Assembly: GCF_021869535.1 (NCBI RefSeq)
Contig: NW_026262734.1
Coordinates: 40,088,487 to 40,152,486 of the forward strand
Direction: 5' to 3'
Origin: Mytilus californianus
Taxonomy: Eukaryota
DNA: 64,000 nucleotides
Part shown: positions 23,880 through 35,375 of the stretch, one piece after another
Layout: the number at the start of each line of letters is the position of its first letter
Position numbering within the stretch: position 1 is the first letter of the stretch
Position numbers and translations under genes: made by a program
The notes under the pieces: model-generated
Told to the model about the DNA's origin: nothing
Seen by the model: only the letters and a program-made list of their open reading frames with translations
Database searches by the model: none

Positions 23880-25490
23880 TCTGTGTTGTAGAACGCCCGA
23901 ATACCAAAAACAACACAAACAACGCTGAAAAAATACAACACAAATCACGTTACGATCGAGTTTTGAACCCCCGAATCCCCTAATTACAGGTATATCCTAT
24001 ATATCATAAGAAAGCTAATAAAAGGAGGAACAAAAGTTTTATAGTGAATATAGGGCACAGATCCGGTTTAAGGGGTAATGAAGCGGCCGAATACCGAAAA
24101 CGGCCGAACCTAAGAAAAAATACAACACAAATCACGTTACGATCGAGTTTTGAACCCCCGAATCCCCTAATTACAGGTATATCATAGATCTATCATAAGA
24201 AAGCTAATAAAATGAGGAACAAAAGCTATATAGTGAATATAGGGCACAGATCCGGTTTAAGGGGTAATGAAGCGGCCAAATACCGATAACGGCCGAACCT
24301 AAGAAATATTACAACACAAATCACGTTTAGATCGAGTTTTGAACCCCCGTTTCCCCTAATTACAGGTATATCCTATATATCATAAGAAAAGTAATAAAAT
24401 GAGGAACAAAAGCTTTATAGTGAATATAGGGCACATATCCGGTTTAAGGGGTAATGAAGCGTCCGAATACCGAAAACGGCCGAACCTAAGAAAAAATACA
24501 ACACAAATAACGTTACGATCGAGTTTTGAACACCCGAATCCCCTAATTACAGGTATATCATAGATATATCATAAGAAAGCTAATAAAATGAGGAACAAAA
24601 GCTTTATACACAGCTACTTTTGCATAGGTACTATTTCTGTACCAAAAATCTGTAGTACTGGAAATCTACTTTTAATTTTCAGTACTATTTTGTTACTTTA
24701 AATTTATTGTAATATTTAGGTACCTGTATTTTACAGTACTTGATTTGCACTTGAAATTTAAGTACTACAGATTTTTGGTTACACCGTTACATTTTCAGCA
24801 TTTTGAAAGTTTGTCTATTTCAAATCTCTTTAAGTTATGATTTTCAAACATATGGAATATTGCGATCACTGTTGGTATTATTTCTGTACCAAAATTTTTA
24901 GTCCAATCAAGTACTGTAAAATACGGGTACCTAAATATTACAATAATTTTAAAGTAAAGAAATAGTACTAAATATTAAAAGTAAATTTCCAGTACTTCAG
25001 ATTTTTAGTACATAAATAGTACCTATGCAAAAGTAGCAGTGTAGTGAATATAGGGCACAGATCCGGTTTAAGGGGTAATGAAGCGGCCGAATACCGAAAA
25101 CGGTCGAACTTAAGAAAAAATTCAACACAAATCACGTTACGATCGAGTTTTGAACCCTCGAATTCCCTAATTACAGGTATATCCTATATATCATAAGAAA
25201 GCTAATAAAATGAGGAACAAAAGCTATATAGTGAATATAGGGCACAGATCCGGCTTAAGGGGTAATGAAGCGGCCGAATACCGAAAACGGCCGAACCTAA
25301 GAAAAAATACAACACAAATCACGTTACGATCGAGTATTGAACCCCCGAATCCCCTTATTACAGGTATATCCTATATATCATAAGAAAGCTAATAAAATGA
25401 GGAACAAAAGCTATAATATAGTGAATATAGGGCACAGATCCGGTTTAAGGGATAATGAAGCGCCCGAATACAAAGAACGGCCGAACCTAT
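23880..25490 (+). repeat. ~185-bp satellite array, plus orientation (~6.5 units, interrupted by a MITE at 24609-25041)
   Basis: The unit ...GAATATAGGGCACAGATCCGGTTTAAGGGGTAATGAAGCGGCCGAATACCGAAAACGGCCGAACCTAAGAAAAAATACAACACAAATCACGTTACGATCGAGTTTTGAACCCCCGAATCCCCTAATTACAGGTATATCCTATATATCATAAGAAAGCTAATAAAATGAGGAACAAAAGCTTTATAGT... recurs with ~184-186 bp period. Confidence 0.9.
24609..25041. mobile_element. 433-bp MITE with ~150-bp terminal inverted arms, inserted into a satellite unit, flanked by TA/TA
   Basis: The satellite consensus ...ctttaTAgtgaatat... is split as ctttaTA[cacagctacttttgcatagg...cctatgcaaaagtagcagtg]TAgtgaat. Arms 24611-24760 and 24890-25040 are reverse complements. A TA target duplication is typical of Tc1/mariner-type (Stowaway-like) MITEs. 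Confidence 0.75.
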
Positions 25491-28400
25491 TCACTATATA
25501 GCTTTTACTCCCCATTTAATAAGCTTTCTTATGATATATAGGATATACCTGTAATTAGAGGATTCAAGGGTGCAAAACTCGATCGTAACGTGCTTGTTGA
25601 AGTATTTTTTCTTAGGTTCGGCCGTTTTCGGTATTCAGGCACTCAATTACCCCTTAAACTGGATCTGTGCACTATATTCACTATATAGGTTTTGTTCCCA
25701 ATTCTAAAAGCGTTCTTGGGATATATAGGATATACCTGTAATTATGGAATTCAAGGGTTCAAATCTCAATCGTAACGTGCTTGTTGAAGTATTTTTCTTA
25801 GGTTCGGTCGTTTTCGGTATTCGGGAGCTCCATTACCCCTTAAACTTGATCTGTGCACTATATTCACTATATAGGTTTTGTTCCCCGTTCTACAAGCTTT
25901 TTTAGAATGTATAGGATATACCTGTAATTAGGGGATTCAAGGGTTCAAATCTCGATCGTAACGTGCTTGTTGAAGTATTTTTTCTTAGGTTTGGCCGTTT
26001 TCGGTACTCGGGCGCTCCATTACCCCTTAAACTGGATCTGTGCACAATATTCACTATATAGGTTTTGTTCCCCATTCTATAAGCTTTCTTAGGATATATA
26101 GGATATACTTGAAATTAGGGTATTTAAGGGTTCAAATCTCGATCGTAACGTGCTTGTTGAAGTATTTTTTTCTTAGGTTCGGTCGTTTTTGTTATTCGGG
26201 CGCTCCATTACCCCTTAAACTGGATCTGTGCACTATATTCACTATATAGGTTTTGTTTCCCATTCTTTAAGCTTTCTTAGGATATATAGGATATACCTGT
26301 AATTAGGGGATTCAAGGGTTCAAATCTCGACCGTAACGTGCTTATTGAAGTATTTTTTCTTAGGTTCGGCCGTTTTCAGTATTCGGGCGCTCCATTACCC
26401 CTTAACATGGATCTGTGCACTATATTCACTATAAAGGTTTTGTTCCCCATTCTACAATCTTTCTTAGGATATATAGGACATACCTGTATTTAGGGGATTC
26501 AAGGGTTCAAATCTCGATCATAACGTGCTTGTTGAAGTATTTTTTCTTAGGTTCGGCCGTTTTCGGTATTCGGGCGCTCCATTACCCCTTAAACTGGATC
26601 TGTCCACTATATTCAGTTTAAAGGTTTTGTTTCCTGTTCTATAAGCTTTCTTAGGATATATAGGATATACCTGTAATTAGGGTATTCAAGGGTTCAAATC
26701 TCGATCTTTGTTAGGCCTATCCCTTTTATCTACAATTAATTATTTTTTTACGTAAAATTCCACTTGATCGTGCATCTCAAATCCACTTATGGATATCTAG
26801 AAGCTTACGGTACAATTGTCGCACTTAGTTTGTTACATATATTTCTAGGGGGTGGGGTCCACTTTTATTCATAAAGCATTAAAGTGAGCATTCGTTTCCG
26901 GCATCATTTCTCTATCGGGATGTCCACACTAATTGAAATCCGCCGACTAAACGGTACACCTTGTGTCAGGGGAGGGCAAAAGACTTATTATGTCTCTAAG
27001 TGCCAATAATTCTTTTCAAAATCTCACTTTCCAATTAAAAATACTCACATATTTACACATTTATATATAAAAAACATAGAAAAATATGAAAAGGCTATAA
27101 GAGGTAATATACACAAGTAATGAAAGTTTCGTATAAAACTATGGGTGTTTTCCTCAAGAAAAATCTAATAATAGCACTAACAAATAAGATATCTGTGTTG
27201 TAGAACGCCCGAATACCAAAAACAACACAAACAACGCTGAAAAAATACAACACAAATCACGTTACGATCGAGTTTTTAACCCCCGAATCCCCTAATTACA
27301 GGTATATCCTATATATCATAAGAAAGCTAATAAAATGAGGAACAAAAGCTTTATAGTGAATATAAGCTTTCTTAGGATATATAGGATATACCTGTAATTA
27401 GGGTATTCAAGGGTTCAAATCTCGATCTTAACGTGCTTGTTGAAGTATTTTTTTCTTAGGTTCGGTCGTTTTCAGTATTCGGGCGCTCCATTACCCCTTA
27501 AACTGGATCTGTGCACTATATTCACTATATAGGTTTTGTTTCCCATTCTATTATCTTTCTTTGGATTTATAGGATATACCTGTAATTGGGGAATTCAAGG
27601 ATTCAAATCGCGATCGTAACGTGCTTGTTGAAGTATTTTTTCTTAATAGGTTCGGCCGTTTTCGGTATTCGGGCGCTCCATTACCCCTGAAACTGGACCT
27701 GTGCACTATATTTACTAATAAGGTTTTAATCCGCACTCTATACGCTTTCTTATGATATATAGGATATACCTGTAATTGGGGGATTCAAGGGTTCAAATCG
27801 AGATCGTAACGTGCTTGTTGAAGTATTTTTTCTTAATAGGCTCGGCCGTTTTCGGTATTCGGGCGCTCCATTTCCCCTTAAACTGGATCTGTGCACTATA
27901 TTCACTATATAGGTTTTGTTCCCCATTCTATAATCTTTCTTAGGATATATGGGATACCTGTAATTAGGGGATTCAAGGGTTCAAATCTCGATCGTTACGT
28001 GCTTGTTGAAGTATTTTTTCTTAGGTTCGGCCGTTTTCGGTACTCGGGCGCTCCATTGATTACCCCTTAAAATGGATCTGTGCACTATATTCAGTATATA
28101 GGTTTTGTTTCCCGTTCTGTAAGCTTTCCTAGGATATATAGGATATACTTGTAATTAGGGTATTTAAGGGTTCAAATCTCGATTGTAACGTGCTTGTTGA
28201 AGTATTTTTTTCTTAGGTTCGGTCGTTTTCAGTATTCGGGCGCTCCATTACCCCTTAAACTGGATCTGTGCACTATATTCACTATAAAGGTTTTGTTCCC
28301 CATTCTATTATCTTTCTCTGGATATATAGGATATAACTGTTATTGGGGGATTCTAGGGTTCAAATCTCGATCGTAACGTGCTTGTTGAAGTATTTTTTCT

Positions 28401-28620
28401 TAGGTTCGGTCGTTTTCGGTATTCGGGCGCTCCATTACCCCTTAAACTGGATCTGTGCACTATATTCACTATATTGGTTTTGTTCCCCATTCTATAAGCT
28501 TTCTTAGGATATATAGGATATACCTGTAATTAGGGGATTCAAGGGTTCAAATTGCGATCGTAACGTGCTTGTTGAAGTATTTTTTCTTAATAGGTTCGGC
28601 CGTTTTCGGTATCCGGGCGC
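25490..28620 (-). repeat. Same ~185-bp satellite in minus orientation (~13 units), interrupted by an inverted segment at 26708-27364
   Basis: Reverse-complement units (GGATCTGTGCACTATATTCACTATATAGG...) with 184-186 bp spacing. The head-to-head junction with the plus array is at ~25489/25490 (ccgaaccta|ttcactatatag). Confidence 0.9.
26708..27364 (+). repeat. Inverted (plus-orientation) copy of ~500 bp of leader plus one satellite unit, embedded in the minus array
   Basis: 26708-27364 is a near-identical direct copy of 23396-24050 (tttgttaggcctatccc ... ctttatagtgaatata). The junctions show short microhomology (tata). Confidence 0.85.
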
Positions 28621-29539
28621 TCCATAACACAGATTTTCTATATGTTAGTGCTTTTTTTAGATTTTTCTTGAGGAAAACACCCCTCGTATTTTATGCGAAA
28701 CTTTCATTACTAGTGAATATTACTTCTTATAGCCTTTTCATATTTTTCTATGTTTTTTTTTATGTTTAAATGTGTAAATATGTGAGTATTTTTAATTGGA
28801 AAATGAGATTTAGAAAAGAATTATTAATATTTGCACTTTGAAAAATAATATGTTTTTTGCCCTCCCCTGACACAATGTGTACCGTTTAGCCGGCGGATTT
28901 CATTTAGTGTGGACATCCCGATATATGAGTGCTGGAAGAAACGAATGCTAACAAGTATCCTATCTCTTTATACCTTAATACTAGATAAAACTAGGCCTCA
29001 ACGTTTCAAGCTGATAGAATTTTAATCGAATTCTAAAAATTATTACACAAAACTTACCAACTTAAATAAACTTATTCTAAAAGGTTACCAATTCAACATT
29101 GTCATTAGATCTTTGAATATTTTTTTTATTGGTATTACTATTGATTTTGTTATCAGTAAATTAAAAGTAAACTAAATATTATTCTTATATACATATACAT
29201 TTTCATGGATCTCCAATCTGTCGATTCCGGTATCTTGGCATTGCACACGGTCATGTTTTTCTCTTACTGTTTATGACGTCTTTACACTAAATCCATGTTG
29301 GATGTGTACTGATTGAAAGTCAGTTTAGTTTTAAATGCATGATTTTTTTATTAGTTGTTATTGGCTTTAAACTAGCTGCCAGTAACTTGCGAGTACTCTC
29401 AGATCTGTACTTAGTGTCATTTTGTTGTTGGGATGTACAAATACCCGGCAACGTTCACTCTATGTTTTTGTTAAATGTATTTCTATGTTTATCCATCTCA
29501 TGAGTTAAGCCTTTTACAACTGATTTTTATAGTTCGTTC

Positions 29540-29905
29540 TTCTGTTGTACTGTTACACCACTGTCCCAGGTAGGGGGGGGGGGGGAGGGGGGTCCCGCTA
29601 AAATGTTTAACCCCGCCACATTCTATATGTTTGTGCCTGTCCCAAGTCAGGAGCCTGTATTTCCGTGGTTGTCGTTTTATGCTGTGTTACATATTTGTTT
29701 TTCGTTCATTTTTTTGTACATTAATTAGGCGTAATTAATTAAACATTCTAGTTTGAATTGTTTTTATATTAATATTTTGTGATTTCGGTGCGGTATGGGC
29801 TTTGCTCATTGTTGAATGCCGTACGGTGACCTATAACCGTTAATTTCTGTGTCATTTGGTCTCTTGTGGAGAGTTGTCTCATTGGCAATCATATCACATG
29901 TTCTT
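29540..29905 (-). mobile_element. SINE/MITE-like element, inverted partner of the 21615 copy within the palindrome arms (contains a poly-G run at 29571-29592)
   Basis: Reverse complement of 21615-21995 with indels. Confidence 0.7.
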
Positions 29906-31262
29906 TTTTATATACAAGTAGATATCAAAGTTATTCAATTTGAATAAACTTGAATAGTGAATAGTGCAAATAAAGTTCACTATTCATGAATTTTGAATAG
30001 TGAAAAGTGAATAGTGAACGTACTTCAGCCCGGTTACTTTCAACTTGTTCGCTGATATTTGTCACATCAATCGGAACAATGCGTTTACAAAATAATGGAG
30101 GTAAATATGTCTATTTTGTGTGAACTTCTGTTGTTGTGTTTTAATCCCACATCTATTTCAATTGTTTCTTTGTTAAGAAATGTAATTTTAATCTTATCTT
30201 GACTTAATATGATTAAAAAGAGATGTGATGAAATCCTAAAAAAAAACCTCAGACACTTAGAGGTTAACATACGACCATTAAATTTCCTTTAAATTACGAT
30301 TTCTTATATTTTCACAGGTATTTTGATACAAAAGTTCTACATGATGTGGTAAAATTTTGTATTTGAGCCACATTCGACCCTAAACGAATTTAGACAAGAT
30401 ATTTAGGTTTACGTCCAAAAATATTTTGATCTGGTGGATAATGTCTTTCTGAATCATTTGTTTGGATAGACATTCAAAATTTGCCCTAATCTGTCAAAAT
30501 TACTATTTTAAGCTTCCTTCGTGCGCTTGTTTATCTTGTTATAAATGAACTCATGATAACATTATTACAACCTAAAAGGTACACACATGAAGCTATTATA
30601 CTGTGAATTTAAGTAAAGGTTGAAAGAGCTTAAATTTGACTTTTTGAAAATGGCCCTAGTGCGAAATAAAATAATGTCGTTCTTGTGTAACATACATATA
30701 CAATGTGATTACGTTGGGAATGAAAAAAACGGAGATTAACCTTATCTTTTCTTTCTTTAATGGTAGCAATGAATTAAGACAGGAGCGGATCCCGGATTTT
30801 GAATGGGGGCGTAATTCAATAAAACGGATTATTTACCGAAAACTTTTTGGACGATTTCATGCTAAAAATTCATGTAAATCGTGAAAAAACATAAAATTAT
30901 TGTTTTGATATTACTGTTCAAAAAAAGAAACGCTTAGCTCAGATCAATTTTTCAAAACGCAAAATATATATTTTACAAGGTATTTTACAGGATAGTTTTA
31001 AACTTTAAATGTCCGTTCTTTTGATTTGGCTCTCTGCCACATAAAAGTTGCGACTTGCTAAAAGTGCATTTATATATGACCTTTTTCACCGCGAAATTTT
31101 GCTAACGTTTTTCACGAGAATTTTATGGTCAACTCTATTGTTACACTTTTGCGCATATAAGGACCAAATTTGAAGATTTAATTCATCACAACGTTAAAAA
31201 CTCTGCCATGCCAAGGTTGGACCCTGCTTTTTGAAATCGTCATCGGCTGTCTCTAGGCCGGA

Positions 31263-31640
31263 GTGTCCCAAAGTGAAGTAGCAAGAACTAAAAATAATAA
31301 CCAGAGCACAATTTCGCGACTTTGGAACAGATACCAGCAGACTGGCTGTACTAAAGACCGCCCGAGGAGTGGACGACCTCGCCTAACAACTCCTGGACAA
31401 GATCGCTATATATTCGGGTATTTCAACTTCGGAATTGAACCGTTGCCGCAACAGCCACTGCAGTTGAGATACCAGGATTGAGAATAATCGGTTCACAAAC
31501 AGTCCTCAATCGACTGCGACAACATGGCATCAGACCCAGGAGGCCGTTTTTTGGACCCGTTTTGAGGCCGTTTCACAAACGGAATAGAGTCCGATGGTGC
31601 AACAGATTGAGGGCTGGACATTCTGCAACTGGCCGAGGAG
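31263..31640 (+). pseudogene. Tc1/mariner-family transposase N-terminal (HTH) fragment with a frameshift; no DDE catalytic domain follows
   Basis: STISRLWNRYQQTGCTKDRPRSGRPRLTTPGQDRYI matches the Tc1 motif ...RSGRPRKTTPREDRRI. After a frame change, AATAVEIPGLRIIGSQTVLNRLRQHGIRPRRPFFGPVLRPFHKRNRVRWCNRLRAGH matches the Tc1 region RRRLREAGLRARRP...HRRARLAWAREH. Coding then degenerates. Confidence 0.75.
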
Positions 31641-32149
31641 ATGCGTAGCAGTCTTAGCAGCGAGAGGTGGTCATACACGGTACTAACTTTAATGGCACCG
31701 GAAGTAACTCTAATTGTGATCAATTGACTTTTATTCATCAATCTCGAGGAAATTGACTGTCCTCTTTTCAATCAAACACCTTTTGAGTGAATATCTTTAT
31801 TAGTAATTGTAAAATTTTCATTCAAAATACATTATGCGTTTCTTTTTTTTGCAGAGTATAATACCAGAAGTCCATTACTAGGGGAAGTACGCAACCCGCT
31901 ATACGGTATAGGCGATCACGATGTCCCCGTACTTCCAACTGTAATTGGATTTTGTAACTGGGATTTGAGCGAGATTTCTTTTAAAAGTAACAAAAATCTA
32001 TGACCAATTTTTTGTAATGCTTTCATGATAGAGATAAAAATTATGCAAAACACCATATGACTTAATTAGCACACAGTTGAAAATAATGTTTTAACATCGA
32101 CGTGTTAATGAATGGCAGATCCTAGATGTCATATTATAACGGGTGCGAG

Positions 32150-33074
32150 ACAGGTCGGCCCGGAGACAACTCGGACAGTCTGCAAAAAAGACAACTCGGA
32201 GCGTTTATGAAGACAACTCGGATCGTATATAAGTCAACTCGGACCATCTACAATGCCAATTAAGACTAAGTATAAAATTAGAGTTTTGACGAAATAAATG
32301 ATTTAATGTGTCTGAAGAGAAGTAGTCTCTAATAAAATTTTGACGTCGATTTTGAGTATATAAATGACGAAAAAGACAACTCGGGCGTCTACAATTAAAT
32401 GATGCTCCGTAGATATTTTTTATTTCTGTTGTTTGAAAGCTGTATGAGTAAATAACGTTTGTAATGTTTAAGTAGATTCTTTATAGAATGATTAAATTTA
32501 CATTATTGAATGTTGATTCAATTTGATTATCATTACAAAATAACGAATTTAATTAACGATTCTAATATGACGTTCTTCTTTCGCTTTGGAAACAAAGCCA
32601 TGTTCTAATTCCAATAAAACATGGGCTGCACGTGCTTGACGTCACAATTGAAACCGCAACGCGTATTATAGGTCCGCTTCGAAGTACAAAAGTTCTAAAT
32701 TTTCCTATTAGAATCGAAATAATTCCATAATGCCATGTTCTATGCTAATGTTAACATGGGTAGGCATTATATTTGTCAACATTTTACACCTCGCTAACGC
32801 TTGGTATAAAAAGATATTGACAAATGTAATGCCTACCCATGTTAAAATGAGCATAGAGCATGGCATGAAATAATTATTTCTTAAATTTATAATGTTTGTT
32901 AGGTGAATTAATGAAGATTTTATTCAAAATATATAATCACCATGATGAAGTAGAAATAGGAATCTGCATTAAAGGATATGTTTATATAAATCATAACATG
33001 TTATCATATAAATAGCACAAACTCTATATGTTTATACTTTGTTGGAGTTGGCATTATAGACGGTCTGAGTTGAC
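32150..33074. mobile_element. TIR-bounded element (25-bp perfect IR GTCAACTCGGACCATCTACAATGCC) with ~27-bp subterminal tandem repeats (GACAACTCGGA...) and an internal ~160-bp palindrome
   Basis: IR at 32233-32257 and 33050-33074. GACAACTCGGA recurs at 32176, 32206 and 32376 (plus variant copies GTCAACTCGGA at 32233 and TCGGAGACAACTCGGA at 32170). The internal palindrome spans 32718-32780 and 32817-32880. Confidence 0.6.
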
Positions 33075-34201
33075 TTTAAAATAATGAATAAAGAATGTTG
33101 GTATTTATCAATTTAAAAAGTACAATTATTACCGTAGAAAAATTGTCAGAATAAAAAAGCTTACTTTTTAATACAATTCACGCCTAGTTTCAGAGTAAGT
33201 TGTGCAAAATTTGCCATTAAAAGTTTGACAAGAAAAGTTAGATCGGAAAATTGTTCATCCATATAAAGTACAAGTAACACTGGATGAGGAATTTAAGAAT
33301 TTAATAGGAATAAACATTCTATTATATTTATTTTAAGTATGCATGTTACGTTTTACACATTTTCAGACAAAAGAGGGATTTTGTTTTAAAGTTGCACAAC
33401 AAATCAGTCTGCAGATATAACCACTTTTAGCAAAACAACAAATTGTATCCTCAATTTGGAAAATAAAAAGAGGGAAAATAATGTTATGCCCTTTCCTCAA
33501 ATTCGAATATCATAAATCTTGAGTAAGATCTCGACGATAATACTACCCGGATAATGATGTGGATGGACAAAGGTTATCATTTCATTCGGATATTGTAACA
33601 TTTATCACTTAAAATACACATACAAAAATGCAGTTCACAACTCGTGTGTTTGACATAAAAGGGCTTAAGGTTGAAATTGTAGGAAGAGTTCAAATCATTA
33701 TCTTTGTAAAAAAATTACACTAAATAATAAATCATATTTAATTTTTATGTAAGTATACATCGGACTGAATATGAAAAAGTCTTTGTTCAAAAACCTAGCT
33801 GTACAAAATCAATCTCAAGGGTTGAGTTGGGTATAGAAATATAGTAATCTCTAGAAATGTCCGGTTCCAACAGTAAAACCCTTTCCTAAGCGTGGGATGT
33901 ATAAATTAACATTCACGTTGGGTCGGATGAGGTCCCTCGCGTTTACAGGATATGAATATCACTTGCGACAACTCTTTGGTGAAATATTTGCTACTGAACG
34001 TAAAGCGGGTAACATTCAATCAATCCAAACATAAACATGCATGATATCCAGGTGTCCTCATGCTTGTGTTTATAAAAAGAGTTAAAAACATACTTTTATA
34101 GGGACGTTGCAATGGTGACTCGCGTGTGACGGGTTTGCTTCCCTTCATTAGTAGATAACTAGTCGGACGTAAGCGGTTCGGCGAAGGGAGTACTTCTTTA
34201 G

Positions 34202-34274
34202 CTCAGTCGGTTAGAGCGCTGCCTTGTAACACAGAGGTCCCGGGTTCGAGTCCCTGAGGAGGCAAAGTGATTTG
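34202..34274 (+). pseudogene. Degenerate tRNA-like sequence (canonical D-arm TAGCTCAGTCGGTTAGAGCG and T-loop GGGTTCGAGTCC; anticodon stem not formable)
   Basis: The D-arm and T-arm are tRNA-like, and an anticodon-loop-like CTTGTAA is present. The acceptor 5' strand (ACTTCTT) does not pair with the 3' strand (AGGAGGC), and the anticodon stem has no complement. Confidence 0.5.
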
Positions 34275-34470
34275 CATTGATAATCATGATCTCCGATTAC
34301 ATTTGGCGCCCAACTAAAAAACCCATGGTAGTTAGAGAGGATTTCTAGCTAGGGTATGTGTGTGAGAGTCATAATGGTATGATGACTCTTGAGGTGGGGG
34401 AAGTGTGACGGGATTGCTTCCCTCCACTAGTATATACTTGGTCAGCCGTAAGTGGTTGAGCGAAGGAAGA

Positions 34471-34540
34471 ACTTATTTAGCTTAGTCAGTTAGAGCGCTG
34501 CCTTGTAAGACAAAGGAACCGGGTTCGAGTCCCAAAAGTG
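34471..34540 (+). pseudogene. Second, more degenerate tRNA-like unit (TTAGCTTAGTCAGTTAGAGCGCTGCCTTGTAAGAC...CCGGGTTCGAGTCCC)
   Basis: ~85% identical to the unit at 34202. Both are embedded in a ~190-bp repeat (34110-34310 and 34400-34590) with shared flanks GTGACGGG(T/A)TTGCTTCCC...TTTGCATTGATAATCATG(A/C)TCTCCG. Confidence 0.45.
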
Positions 34541-35375
34541 ACAAAGTTATTTTGCATTGATAATCATGCTCTCCGGTTACACACGTACATCTCATGAAGG
34601 CGGTCGTAATGACGGATTTACTAGTAAGTCATCTGTAGCAACAAATGTTCGGTTAGTTAGAAGAACCTCTTCCTTTTGATTATACATCACGGTATGTAGC
34701 TATATAGCTCCTTTAAACTAAGCTTGATGTCGTAAAGAACCGAGATATAATTCATCAACACAGCGTTCTATTAAATAAAGGCAGCAATTATGACTATATA
34801 AAAACAGCTGACAAAAACGAATCTATCTTTTAAATAGACGATACATTACAGTCATGGCGGATTTGATATAATTTTGTAGATGTCATTTGCCATCACAATT
34901 TAATGATAAGTGGTACTAATGTATTCTTTTATAAAATCTTATATCGTTTTCTAAATGTTGATAATGAAGTTTCAAATAATAAGCAATAAGAAATTCACCG
35001 CACTAAGTCGCTCACTTTATTTTCAACAAACTGATAATTAATCAAAAACTCAAGGAGACTAATTAACAGTTATCTGTTTAATGATAATATTTCTACCCAT
35101 AATTATATAGTTGGAAAACGAGACTTCGAATGACCACCTATAGCGCTTTCGGTGTGATCGCCCAGTTATATAGTACATAAACTTGACCCCTGTTGTGTTC
35201 ACGTATCGCTACACTCCCCCTTGGAATGGACTTCTGATAATACTTATATGCTTCAACATATAGTAAGTGATTGATCCTAAAGCTCATTAAGGTTATAGCC
35301 AAAATTGCCTGGAACACTATAGATGATCATCTCGTCTCGTGGTATCATGCGGCTCTCAAATTCAGGATTATGTGA

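Larger units (their letters stand above)
21470..30030. repeat. ~8.5 kb diverged palindrome: outer arms 21470-23880 and 28620-30030 (~90% identical), inner head-to-head arrays of a ~185-bp satellite
   Basis: Arm segments are mutual reverse complements (22870-23390 vs 28920-29530; 21615-21995 vs 29540-29905; 21421-21600 vs 29900-30050). Satellite orientation flips at ~25490. Confidence 0.85.

Noticed and set aside
26040-28769. Several 60-70-aa ORFs (26040, 26415, 28194, 28569 plus-strand) with near-identical peptides
   Set aside because: They are the same reading frame repeated in successive ~185-bp satellite monomers, so they are repeat artefacts, not genes.
21470-30030. Palindrome as a sequencing or assembly chimera (e.g. 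missed-adapter long read)
   Set aside because: The arms differ by ~10% substitutions plus arm-specific insertions (MITE, poly-G, microsatellites, 650-bp inverted segment). An artefactual fold-back would have near-identical arms. Read-level validation is still advisable.
34202-34540. Two functional tRNA genes (tRNA-Thr-like)
   Set aside because: Neither the acceptor nor the anticodon stem can pair in either copy, and both are embedded in a shared 190-bp repeat. They are treated as tRNA-derived pseudogenes or SINE heads.
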